DNA of 64,000 bases from Syntrophales bacterium (GCA_963668175.1 OY764159.1:2016001-2080000), one strand, 5' to 3'. Positions 25,238 through 34,459 are shown, counted from the first letter of the stretch. The notes: generated by a model from the sequence alone, not told the origin. Program-made: numbers and translations.

Positions 25238-26191
25238 ATGGATGGAGAGACGAAGTCGCCTTTTTTTGAACGAGCCCAATCCGGAGGCGCAATCCTCGTG
25301 CACGCGTTCAAAGTTCTCGACACATATCCCGTTCTGTTCATGCCGATTTTCATATGCTGGATATTTGTGGCGGCAGGAATCCTTTATTTCAACTATGTCT
25401 TCGATTGGGACGCCTGCTCCGCATCCGAGACATTTCTTACGGCGTTTCTCATCATCATGGGGTTTACACTCATTTACTCCATGGCCGCGCTTATGCTGCT
25501 CGAACTTCTGGAGCAGTTGGAAAGGGGCCGTAAATTCAGCATTATCGCCGCCGTCCGTGAAACATTTATGAAAGACCTGCCGAAAGCCCTGCCCGTCATC
25601 GTAACTTGGGCTTTCATCGATTTCTGCCTGACGGTCCTGGATGTCTTTTCAAGGGACTCAAAGAAAGGCGGCAATCTCGGTGACGAGTTTACTGCGGAAA
25701 ACGCGGCAAAAACACTGGCCGGTTACGAAAACACATCCATATTCGACCTGGGCATCGAGGCGCTGGAAAAAGGCATCAGAATGATATCCTTTCTCATATT
25801 CCCGGCGATCGCCTGGGAGGACCTGTCGACGGTCGCCGCCGTCAAAAAAGCCTTTGTGATTCTCCGGGTCCATACGACCGAGTTCGTCTCCGGATATCTG
25901 ACGACCTGGGCGGCGTCGGCCATCATTTTTCTTCCGCCCGGATTGCTGTTTTACATCACCGATAAAATGGGCGCGACATTGCCCGATAGGGTATGGGTTG
26001 CCACGATCATTTATTGCGGCGTCGGATGGAGTTTCTACCTATACCTGGAGCAGATGTTCGCCGGGCTTCTCTACCTCTGGAATAAGAAATGGGAGCAGGA
26101 GCTCGGTTACGCGGAAGAAAGCGGGGCGTCTTTGAGCCTGCGCGATGTCAGGCAGCCTTCGTTCCTCGATGGCATCGCCGACTTGAATTAA
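25238..26191 (+). CDS. Multi-pass membrane protein of unknown function
   Basis: Several hydrophobic helices; RBS GGAGG before ATG 25238; lower GC than flanks. Confidence 0.7.
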   Translation: MDGETKSPFFERAQSGGAILVHAFKVLDTYPVLFMPIFICWIFVAAGILYFNYVFDWDACSASETFLTAFLIIMGFTLIYSMAALMLLELLEQLERGRKFSIIAAVRETFMKDLPKALPVIVTWAFIDFCLTVLDVFSRDSKKGGNLGDEFTAENAAKTLAGYENTSIFDLGIEALEKGIRMISFLIFPAIAWEDLSTVAAVKKAFVILRVHTTEFVSGYLTTWAASAIIFLPPGLLFYITDKMGATLPDRVWVATIIYCGVGWSFYLYLEQMFAGLLYLWNKKWEQELGYAEESGASLSLRDVRQPSFLDGIADLN

Positions 26192-26449
26192 GGAATTCGG
26201 TCAAGGCGGGCCTGGCGCTCGCCGGTGACGGCAGAGGATTTCCGGGGCCGGTCGTAAGGGGGGATAAATTGATTCCGCATCCCCGGCCGGGGCGTTATCG
26301 GCCGCAAAACCGGCGCCGCAAATAAACAATTGACTCCGGGACGGGAATCGTGATTAATCGCCCCTGTATTCGCAATGGAATATCCCGGCGAGAACACGAT
26401 TCCATCTATCTATGGTTTGCGTTGCTTCGCATCCCGGGAAGCAGGTGAA

Positions 26450-27133
26450 ATGAAACGCCTTGTCCTGGTCGCCCTCATCCCTGTCGCCGCCCTGTGGGTT
26501 GGAGCTACGATGGCTTTCGCGCAGGCTGTGCAGCCTATCGACGTCAAGTTCAAGATGCTGGATATGTCGGACCCCTATGCCTTTTCCGAAACGCCCCTGC
26601 CCGGCGCGAAGGTGCGGCTGGTGCTGGGGAAAAGTCCGAACTGGCAGGATGCCGGCGCCGGATGCACGTTCGGCACCGATGCCAGGGGCGAGGCCCGTTT
26701 TGTCATGGAGGGCCTCATCGACAAACAATGGCAGTCCCGGAATATCGGATTCACGCCGTTCAGCTGGCCGTCCCGCGCGGAACACGTGTTCGTCGCCGTG
26801 GAGCTGGACCATGAATTTTCCTTCGTCAAAGGGCGCAAGCCCGAGGTCCTGCGCTGGCTCCTCACCATGGATGTCTATTGCTTCGCCGACGGGCAGTGCA
26901 GCACGGTCGGATTCATGACCATATTCGCGCGCGATGCCGCCGGCCGCTTCACCAGGGCCCTGGAACGGCAGGGCGGCGAGGATGCCTGGAAGGTCCCCGA
27001 GCTGAACAACCGGGTGATCTGGGGGATGAGCTACAAAGTCGCAAATTTCGGGTTCGAGGCGGCAGAGGGCAATCCCCGGAAACGCACCTTCGTCCTGACG
27101 CTGAAACGGTTTCTGCGGCGGCCTCTGGAGTAG
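26450..27133 (+). CDS. Secreted hypothetical protein
   Basis: MKR + hydrophobic stretch + AFA signal peptide; RBS AGGTG. Confidence 0.65.
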   Translation: MKRLVLVALIPVAALWVGATMAFAQAVQPIDVKFKMLDMSDPYAFSETPLPGAKVRLVLGKSPNWQDAGAGCTFGTDARGEARFVMEGLIDKQWQSRNIGFTPFSWPSRAEHVFVAVELDHEFSFVKGRKPEVLRWLLTMDVYCFADGQCSTVGFMTIFARDAAGRFTRALERQGGEDAWKVPELNNRVIWGMSYKVANFGFEAAEGNPRKRTFVLTLKRFLRRPLE

Positions 27134-27194
27134 CGTTCCCCGCTGCATCGGGGCTCCGCCTTCCGGGATCGCCGGGCCTGCTGCGCGCGCCATC

Positions 27195-27629
27195 TCACTT
27201 CCGGCTTTTCACTTCCACGTTTTCCGCCGATTCGACGCACACGAACCTCATGACCCCGGGCCTGTCGTCCGTGAACGGGCAGACGGTGAAGTCGGCGAAG
27301 ACCGCGTTTTCCCAGGTGAGCAGTCCGGCCAGATCGTCCGGGATATTCCGGTAGTCTTTCAGAAAGAACCGGCCTTCCGATACGCCGAGGATGCGCCTGG
27401 TTCCGACGGGCCATATCCTGATGCTGGGGGTGCCGTTTGCGAGGGTCATCCTGCCCCTTACGGCGTAGCACGATCCGGAAAGCATCGGGTGATCCTTGCA
27501 GGGCTTCCTTGTTTCCCGCGTTTCGCCGCCCGCGCCGTGCGCGCCGAAGACGAGGACGACGGCCGCCGCCGCAAAGACTGCGAGCTTCCCCAGGCTTTTA
27601 TGTTTATCGTCCTTTTCCATTGCGGTCAT
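27195..27629 (-). CDS. Exported/membrane-anchored hypothetical protein with four Cys
   Basis: N-terminal hydrophobic segment followed by a soluble domain; start uncertain (27629 or 27620). Confidence 0.6.
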   Translation of the reverse strand: MTAMEKDDKHKSLGKLAVFAAAAVVLVFGAHGAGGETRETRKPCKDHPMLSGSCYAVRGRMTLANGTPSIRIWPVGTRRILGVSEGRFFLKDYRNIPDDLAGLLTWENAVFADFTVCPFTDDRPGVMRFVCVESAENVEVKSRK

Positions 27630-27827
27630 TCCTGACGCCCGTTGCGTTCGATACATGTTACCAGGCAACAGGGGGCCGTTCAAGGGCATAATGACAAGGC
27701 CGGATGATTCACGACGCCCGCCTTTTTCTTTCGAGCATCGCCGCCGATCGTCGCGCTGCTTCCCAGCGGGCATGGCGCGGATTGGGGTTGCCCGGTGTTC
27801 CTGCACGCTCCCGCGCCTTCCCGGCGG

Positions 27828-28565
27828 TCAGTTCCGGCCGCCGTTCACCTTGATGACCTGCCCGTTGATCCAGCCGCTATCAGGGCCGGCCAGGAAGGAG
27901 ACGACGCGGGCGATGTCGTCGGGCTCGCCGAGACGGCCGAGGGGAATGTCGTCCGTCAGGCGCCGGATGAGTTCTTCGGACCTTCCGGCCAAAAACAGTT
28001 CCGTCGCGACCGGCCCCGGCGCAACGGCATTGACGGTGACGCCGCGCGCGCCCAGTTCCTTGGCGAGGACGTGCGTCATCGCTTCCACCGCCGCCTTGGC
28101 CGCCGCGTAGACGCCGTGGGCGGGAAGGTAGTGGCCGATGATGCTCGTCGAGAGGTTGACGATGCGGCCGCCGTTGCGCACCCGCCGCGCGCCTTCGCGC
28201 ATGCCGTTGAAAGCGCCCGTGAGGTTGACCGCGATCAGGCTCCGGTAGTCCTCGTCGGAGACGTCCTTCAGAGGCGATACCTTGATGATCCCGGCATTGT
28301 TCACCAGGGCGTCGACGGGTCCGAATTCGGCTTCGGCGCGGTCGAAGAGCGTTCGCACGGCTGCGGCGTCGGCGACGTCGGCGCATACCGCCATCGCGCA
28401 TCCGCCTGCTTTTTCAATCGCCGCGACGACCTCCCGCGCTTCCGCCTCGCTCGTATTGTAGTTGACGACCGTCCGGAATCCGTCCGCCGCGAGCCGCCTG
28501 GTCAGCGCCGCGCCGATGCCTTTCGAGGCCCCCGTTACGATGGCCGTTCGTGTTTCTTTGGACAT
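27828..28565 (-). CDS. Short-chain dehydrogenase/reductase
   Basis: TGASKGIG, VNNAG, YAAAK, NAVAPGPVAT. Confidence 0.95.
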   Translation of the reverse strand: MSKETRTAIVTGASKGIGAALTRRLAADGFRTVVNYNTSEAEAREVVAAIEKAGGCAMAVCADVADAAAVRTLFDRAEAEFGPVDALVNNAGIIKVSPLKDVSDEDYRSLIAVNLTGAFNGMREGARRVRNGGRIVNLSTSIIGHYLPAHGVYAAAKAAVEAMTHVLAKELGARGVTVNAVAPGPVATELFLAGRSEELIRRLTDDIPLGRLGEPDDIARVVSFLAGPDSGWINGQVIKVNGGRN

Positions 28566-28708
28566 GGTTTGCCCTCCTTGTTGTTCCGCCTCGCCGCGCC
28601 GCGGCGGCTTCCCGCCCGCGACGGCGGCCTGCGTATGGTCGGTGAATATATCCGGCCCCGCCGGTCTTATGCGCGAAGACGGGGCCGCCTTTGTCCGGGC
28701 CGCCTCGG

Positions 28709-29368
28709 TCAGAGCCGCATGGACAGTTCGACGTCCGCCGTGAACGGCACGGACATGTAGCCGTTTGCGGGCGAGCGCACGCGCGCCAGGTAGTCCGGGT
28801 TTTGATCGGCGTCGTCGGCGACGATGAACGCGCTCGGCCGGAGACGGCCCTCCGCGAGGTCCAGGATGTCGGAGTAGAGCGCCTTGGCGCCGTCGAGGAG
28901 GAGCAGGTCGATACTCTCCGGAAGATCGGAGCCGAGGGTCGCCAGCGCGTCCCCCTCCCGGATCTCCACCAGGTCGATGAGGCCGCCGTCCGTCAGGTTC
29001 TTTCTCGCCCGCGCCGCCTTCGAGGCCTCGAACTCCGTTGTGATAAGCCTGCCGCCGCCGTTGTCCCGCAGGGCCGCGGCGAGGTGCAGGGTCGAGACGC
29101 CGAACGAGGTCCCGAACTCGACGATGGTCCGCGCGCGGCAGTTCCGCGCGAGCATGTAGAGGAGCGCGCCCGTCTCCCGCGAGACGGCGAGGGGAAAGTC
29201 TTTCAATCGCCCGTAGAAGTCGAGGTAGCCTGTCTTGCTCCGCATGAGCGTATCCTGCGCCTCAAAAAGATCGGCCACGGCGCGGCTCGTCGCCGGCGAC
29301 GCGGCGGCATCCTCTTCGAACAGGCGATCCAGCAGGGGCGCGAGGGGTGTGTCGGTCAAGGTTGTCAT
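28709..29368 (-). CDS. SAM-dependent O-methyltransferase
   Basis: IVEFGTSFGVST, REGDALATL, LLLDGAKALY. Confidence 0.92.
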   Translation of the reverse strand: MTTLTDTPLAPLLDRLFEEDAAASPATSRAVADLFEAQDTLMRSKTGYLDFYGRLKDFPLAVSRETGALLYMLARNCRARTIVEFGTSFGVSTLHLAAALRDNGGGRLITTEFEASKAARARKNLTDGGLIDLVEIREGDALATLGSDLPESIDLLLLDGAKALYSDILDLAEGRLRPSAFIVADDADQNPDYLARVRSPANGYMSVPFTADVELSMRL

Positions 29369-29461
29369 CTAAGCCTCCAATTTCGGGTTGACGTTATCTT
29401 CATGCGGGGTTAAAATACGACGAATTATTCATGTTTGCAATTCGCATTGGGGGAGATGCCT

Positions 29462-30094
29462 ATGACCAATCGCCGAAGTATCGATATATCCTTAAGAAAG
29501 CAGCCGAAGCAGGCCCGCTCGACGGACCTCGTCGCCGTCATTCTGGAGGCGGCTGTTCAGGTTTTGACTAGGGAGGGGGCGCAGCGTTTCACCACGGCGC
29601 GGGTGGCGGAGAAGGCCGGGGTCAGCGTCGGGTCGCTCTATCAGTATTTTCCGAACAAAGCGGCGATCCTGTTCCGGCTTCAGAGCGACGAATGGCGGCG
29701 GACGACGGAGTTGCTGCGCGGCATCCTGGAAGACGCCCGGAGGCCGCCGCTGGCGCGGCTGCGCACCCTGGTCCGCGCCTTCGTCCGCTCGGAATGCGAG
29801 GAGGCCGGGATGCGCGTGGCCCTCAACGACGCTGCGCCGCTCTATCGCGACGCGCCCGAGGCGCAGGAGGCGAGGGCGGCGGGGGACCGCACGGTCCGGC
29901 TGTTCATGCGGGAGGTGCTGCCCCATGCCCCGGAGGCGACGCGGGTGCTGGCGGCCGACCTGATCACGACGACCCTCGGCACGGTGGGGAAGCAATTCTC
30001 GGCCAGCCCCCGGACCAGCGCGGAGATCGACACGTATGCCGACGCCATGGCCGACATGTTCTCTGCCTATCTGGAAAGCCTCGAACGCGGCTGA
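29462..30094 (+). CDS. TetR/AcrR family regulator, divergent from the O-methyltransferase
   Basis: RKQPKQARS, TTARVAEKAGVSVGSLYQYFPNK. Confidence 0.93.
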   Translation: MTNRRSIDISLRKQPKQARSTDLVAVILEAAVQVLTREGAQRFTTARVAEKAGVSVGSLYQYFPNKAAILFRLQSDEWRRTTELLRGILEDARRPPLARLRTLVRAFVRSECEEAGMRVALNDAAPLYRDAPEAQEARAAGDRTVRLFMREVLPHAPEATRVLAADLITTTLGTVGKQFSASPRTSAEIDTYADAMADMFSAYLESLERG

Positions 30095-30294
30095 GACGGC
30101 CGCCGGGGCGGGTTGGGAATATCGTGTTTCGGGGAGTGATGTGCGGCGAGGCCGTGCGGATTCCGGGGGAGCTTCTGGAAAGATGACGGCCTCCCTAAAA
30201 AAGGGGAATGAATAGGTTCCTGTTCCGCGCATTCACCACTGGTATTTTACGGCATGTCAAACGGCAACATTCGCCAATCAATTATTAAAAACAC

Positions 30295-30323
30295 TTGACT
30301 GAACTAATCCATTGGATTACAGT
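30295..30323 (+). promoter_or_regulatory. TA operon promoter with palindromic operator
   Basis: TTGACT, 17 nt, TACAGT; palindrome TAATCCA-T-TGGATTA (30305-30319) lying in the spacer and touching the -10. Confidence 0.7.
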
Positions 30324-30329
30324 ATCTCC

Positions 30330-30671
30330 GTGATAACCGTTGCGGAAACGACCGAATTTGCGAGGCGGGCCGGAAAACTCTTATCCGAGGATGAGCGAAA
30401 CGAACTGATTTATTTCCTTGCCTTGCACCCCAAATCCGGCACCGTCATGGAAGGCACGGGCGGCATCCGCAAGCTGCGCTGGGCCAGGGAAGGCAAGGGA
30501 AAGAGCGGCGGCGTCCGTGTCATTTACTTTTTTTACAGCGAGAAAATGCCGCTTTACCTTCTCACCGTCTATGGGAAAAACGAGAAGGACGACCTTTCCG
30601 CGAGCGAGCGCAGGGAATTGGCGAGACTGGCCCGAATGCTCGTCCGGTCCGCGACGAAAGATAGAACATGA
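30330..30671 (+). CDS. higB: RelE/HigB-family toxin
   Basis: GTGGIRKLRW..GKGKSGGVRVIYF, LLTVYGKNEKDDLS; toxin-first gene order. Confidence 0.88.
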   Translation: MITVAETTEFARRAGKLLSEDERNELIYFLALHPKSGTVMEGTGGIRKLRWAREGKGKSGGVRVIYFFYSEKMPLYLLTVYGKNEKDDLSASERRELARLARMLVRSATKDRT

Positions 30672-30681
30672 GGAAAACGAC

Positions 30682-30984
30682 ATGAGCGATATCTTCGAGA
30701 GTATTAAAAAAGGGATGGCCGAAGCCATCGACCACCGGAAAGGAAAAAAGACGGGGATCAAGGTTTACCGGCCTGCCCCGGTCGATGTCAAGAAGGTGCG
30801 GGAAAAAACGGGGTTGACGCAGGAGAAATTCGCCGCGACATTCGGCATCAGCGTTGCCACCTTGCGCCACTGGGAACGGGGCGACCGCGTACCGCAAGGC
30901 CCGGCGCTCGTCCTGCTGAACGCCATCGGGAAAGAACCGGCCACCGTCCTGCGGATATTGGGAAGCAGGAAAAAAGCGGCGTGA
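30682..30984 (+). CDS. higA: HigA-like HTH (Xre) antitoxin
   Basis: DVKKVREKTGLTQEKFAATFGISVATLRHWERGDRVPQGPA. Confidence 0.88.
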   Translation: MSDIFESIKKGMAEAIDHRKGKKTGIKVYRPAPVDVKKVREKTGLTQEKFAATFGISVATLRHWERGDRVPQGPALVLLNAIGKEPATVLRILGSRKKAA

Positions 30985-31090
30985 AAATTTAAAAGCAGGA
31001 AAACAGGCAATCTGAATCTGGTCTGTCAGGATTGCCTCAAATGAATGCCGTTGCTGTACACTCTAATTAAGTATGCTGTCCCCCGAACTC

Positions 31091-31508
31091 TATCAAGGTC
31101 GAAAACATCCTCACGGACAACGGCCGGGAGTATTGCGGCCGGGCCATGATCCATCCTTATGAGATATTCCTGGAATTGAATGACGTCGAGCACCGCCGGA
31201 CGAAAGTGGCAAGACCAAGGACCAACGGATTCGTGGAGAGATTCAACAAGACCGTTCTCGATGAGTTCTTTTGCGAGACCTTCCGGGAAAGGCTGTATAC
31301 CTCCGTTGATGAGCTCCAAGAGGATCTCGATCAGTGGCTCCATCATTACAATTATGAAAGACCCCATCGGGGTTACCGCAACATGGGCAGGCGCCCCATT
31401 GAAACATTAGAAGCAGGGAAAACTGTCAAAAAGCAGATGTTGAAAACAGCAGCTTAAATATCGTTACCGGAGAGAAGAAAACTGTCCGGGAAGTGCTTGC
31501 GCTTTGCA
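31091..31508 (+). mobile_element. IS481-family remnant: truncated transposase (integrase core C-terminus, stop at 31457) with degenerate right end
   Basis: In-frame ILTDNGREYCG..PRTNGFVERFNKT..YNYERPHRG; in-frame TAA at 31068 and no N-terminal half; AACTGTC..TGCA terminal-like sequence. Confidence 0.85.
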
Positions 31509-31522
31509 GATCAATTAATAAA

Positions 31523-32185
31523 TCATTCATCATCAATGTAATGGCAAAAGTTATCAATATCTTCAATGATTGATAGAGTGACTGTCTCAATACCCCTGAT
31601 AGTATTGTTTATAGCGATATCACTACTCGGCTTTCCATAAAGCCCACCCAACAAACGTAATGATGCAAGTATGAACGTCAATGGACTTTTGTTTTTTCTT
31701 GAATGAGCAATAAAATAACTCCGATTGTCGCAAATGAATTTCTTGTAACTATCGGGGAAATACTTTCTATATAGGTTTGGATCTTTCTGCAATTCTTTCG
31801 AAATTCTTATGTCATTCCAAATAATAACGTTTATATCTTGGCAGCTATCCTTGATAGAATTAAGAGTCTTTTCTAGATTAACGCTCAAACGAGCGTTCGT
31901 AAATAAGAAGTATCCATTTGCTTTTTGAGATCTAACCCGGTCAGTAACATTGAAAATATCCTTTTCAGTTATTGTCCTGCCGGATTTAGTAAATTTTACT
32001 TCTACCATCCAGATTTTTCTTTGATCGGAGAGAGAGCCTACAACAGATTCTTCAACCAGAATATCTTTACCCAACTGCCCTGGCCCGCGACCCAGTCTAC
32101 GTACCTGTAAACCTTTACTGGAAAGCAATTCTTCGCACAGATCTTCGAACTTTTCATAGTCGGCGAGTTCGGAAAAATTAATCAT
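31523..32185 (-). CDS. Mrr-like PD-(D/E)xK restriction endonuclease domain with helical C-terminal extension
   Basis: FEDLCEELL..KG, GRGPGQLGKDI, WMVEVK, ANGYFLFTN, IIWND; AT-rich. Confidence 0.78.
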   Translation of the reverse strand: MINFSELADYEKFEDLCEELLSSKGLQVRRLGRGPGQLGKDILVEESVVGSLSDQRKIWMVEVKFTKSGRTITEKDIFNVTDRVRSQKANGYFLFTNARLSVNLEKTLNSIKDSCQDINVIIWNDIRISKELQKDPNLYRKYFPDSYKKFICDNRSYFIAHSRKNKSPLTFILASLRLLGGLYGKPSSDIAINNTIRGIETVTLSIIEDIDNFCHYIDDE

Positions 32186-32586
32186 AATTTCTTTCTTCTT
32201 TTAACATCCGACATTTTATCGACTAGTTGCCAAGGGTTCACATCCTTTTTTTCATATATAAAATGATTAGCGTGGCTGATTTCAGGAAGTGAACGAGTAT
32301 CGGTATTCGTAAGACATATAACGGGGATTCTCTCATCTAAACCTCTCATTTTTTCTAAAAAACGCAGTCCTGTGCGCAATCCTTCTTTCGTATCCTGGTC
32401 TTCAAACAGTCGTCCTGGAGGCATCATGATATCGAGGATCACAGCATCCACATCTTCAAGGTTTTCAACAATAGTCGCCCATGCTGCGTCGACGTTCGAA
32501 ATTACATTGACTTGAAACCCAGAAAAACGAAATGCCTCAGTGAAAGGAGTAATATATTCCGGTTCATCGTCTATGAAAATTATCAT
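32182..32586 (-). CDS. Stand-alone response regulator receiver
   Basis: IFIDDE, VILDIMMP, PVICLTN, conserved K; RBS GGAGG; stop overlaps the nuclease start (ATGA). Confidence 0.88.
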   Translation of the reverse strand: MIIFIDDEPEYITPFTEAFRFSGFQVNVISNVDAAWATIVENLEDVDAVILDIMMPPGRLFEDQDTKEGLRTGLRFLEKMRGLDERIPVICLTNTDTRSLPEISHANHFIYEKKDVNPWQLVDKMSDVKRRKKL

Positions 32587-33838
32587 ATTGCTGCCTCCGG
32601 ATGACTTGACTTTTTCCAATAGTTATTGCGAATTCAGTCGGATTAACCAGACTTGTGATTTCAATTTTCGCATCATGGACGGAAAGAAGATTTCTGACTG
32701 TTGTTAGACCAATACCGGTTCCTGCTGTGACCTTCAGTTTGGCTTGCTTACCTCTGAATGTTGGTTCAAAAATACGTTCCATCTCTTCTTTCTCAATACC
32801 TATTCCATAGTCTTGTATTAAAATACCAATATCTCCGGAAGGCAAGAATTCGACTTCAATATTGATTTGAAAAGCATCAGGATCATCATGGGCATACTTG
32901 ATGGAATTGCCTAACATGTTGTTAAATATTTGACGGAATATTTTTCTGTCGATATTTAAGAGAGGCCAAGAGCCCCTATTTATGCATCTAATATTTGCTT
33001 GTTCAAATTTCCTTGAAGCAAGAAACGGCATCAGGCTGCCACGACATTTCGCAATCACATCTTTATAAAGATGACTTGGTTGTAAAACGAGATCCCTTTT
33101 AACCATCCGCCCAGATTTCGTATACATCGTCAATCCTTGAATAAGCGAAATAGCTTGCTCGCCGAATTTGATAACGTCATCGACACTACCAATCAAAGAT
33201 TCCCTAATGTCACGATCTGCAATAAAAGTTCCTTTTTGTACTATTCGTTGCATGAAGAATCCCGAATTCTTCATGCCCGATACAGGCGCGAGTAGTTCGT
33301 GCGTTACACTGTCTAAAAATGCTTCAAATCTTGTACGAAGCGTTGCTATAGTTATCAAAGATCCGATAGCATTACTAATAGATTCTGCTACTTGCACATC
33401 ATCATTATTGAATTCTATTATTTTGCCCAGTTTATTAAGTTTGTTTATTAGTCGTAATACGGCAATTTTATTATTTTTATCATCTAATATTGGATTTGCG
33501 ATAATTGATTTTGGTCGTTCAATATCTTCGAAAAATGTATCAGATGTCAATAATACTGACTTAAGGTTTTTTTCAGTTAGTAGTGTGGGAGTATCTGAAT
33601 TGAACATTTGCCAAATTGCTACTTCCTGGCCTAAGGGGGGAATCTCAATAGCGTTCTTAATGTTGGTACCTTGCAGATATTTGAGATTGCCTGCATACTC
33701 ATCATATAAGAAGACAGAGCATGCTTGGCATGGCAGGATAGATTTGAGGTGGTTTAGTGTAAACCTTATCTTGTCTTTTAAAGAATAGTCTTTCTTATAA
33801 AGTTCTAAGACAATCTTATTTTGGACATCTCCTATCAC
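32564..33838 (-). CDS. Cytoplasmic GAF-domain histidine kinase
   Basis: GAF (CSVFLYD, VLRLINK..FNNDD), H-box THELLAP, N-box NMLGNSIKY, DYGIGI, GTGIGL; no TM; GTG start after AGGAG (ORF open to 33874). Confidence 0.9.
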   Translation of the reverse strand: MIGDVQNKIVLELYKKDYSLKDKIRFTLNHLKSILPCQACSVFLYDEYAGNLKYLQGTNIKNAIEIPPLGQEVAIWQMFNSDTPTLLTEKNLKSVLLTSDTFFEDIERPKSIIANPILDDKNNKIAVLRLINKLNKLGKIIEFNNDDVQVAESISNAIGSLITIATLRTRFEAFLDSVTHELLAPVSGMKNSGFFMQRIVQKGTFIADRDIRESLIGSVDDVIKFGEQAISLIQGLTMYTKSGRMVKRDLVLQPSHLYKDVIAKCRGSLMPFLASRKFEQANIRCINRGSWPLLNIDRKIFRQIFNNMLGNSIKYAHDDPDAFQINIEVEFLPSGDIGILIQDYGIGIEKEEMERIFEPTFRGKQAKLKVTAGTGIGLTTVRNLLSVHDAKIEITSLVNPTEFAITIGKSQVIRRQQYDNFHRR

Positions 33839-34008
33839 GCAACTTCTCCTAATAATCATTAAGATCGGATGCATCTAACAGATATCATAAAATATGCTAT
33901 AAATTATCAGATTTTATATAATAAATCAACTATTAATTTCATCAATTTCGGTAGATCGGGTTCTTCTTATTGCATTCACCTTCAGAAGAAATCCGGTTCA
34001 TTTTCACC

Positions 34009-34045
34009 TTGACATCCCCGCCTAATCATTGGTACAAATACCAAT
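34009..34045 (+). promoter_or_regulatory. arsR promoter with inverted-repeat operator
   Basis: TTGACA at 34009-34014; perfect IR ATTGGTA-caaa-TACCAAT (34028-34045) over the -10 region. Confidence 0.65.
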
Positions 34046-34067
34046 AAGCCAACAGAAGGAGTACAGT

Positions 34068-34385
34068 TTGATCACTTTTGCCGAGGCGGAGATCAGGACG
34101 AAGATCATCAAGGCGCTGGCGCATCCGGCGCGGCTTATGATCGTCGAACTGCTGAAAGAAGGGGAGGCCCCCTTCGGGAAGATCCACGGCCTGTTTACGT
34201 CCGACAAGTCCACCGTATCGAAGCATCTCCTCGTGCTAAAGGAGGCGGGCATCGTCTCGTCGCGCAAAAGCGGCCTCGACATGTTCTACAAGCTCGAAGT
34301 CCCCTGCATCACGGAATTCTTCGGCTGCGTCACCGCCGTCATCGAAAACAACGTGGAAAAGCAGCAGTGCTGCCTGCGCAAATAG
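34068..34385 (+). CDS. arsR: ArsR/SmtB family metalloregulator
   Basis: KALAHPARLMIVELL, STVSKHLLVLKEAGIV, C-terminal PC..FFGC..CC; TTG start after AAGGAG. Confidence 0.9.
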   Translation: MITFAEAEIRTKIIKALAHPARLMIVELLKEGEAPFGKIHGLFTSDKSTVSKHLLVLKEAGIVSSRKSGLDMFYKLEVPCITEFFGCVTAVIENNVEKQQCCLRK

Positions 34386-34414
34386 CTGTATGCGCATATA
34401 TTTTTTACGTAACA

Positions 34415-34432
34415 GTTGGCCGGTTTGCCAAC
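34415..34432. promoter_or_regulatory. Second candidate ArsR operator upstream of the permease
   Basis: GTTGGC-N6-GCCAAC, same geometry as 34028-34045; both followed by ARGCCA. Confidence 0.55.
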
Positions 34433-34459
34433 AGGCCATTTCAGTGAGGTGAATTTTCA

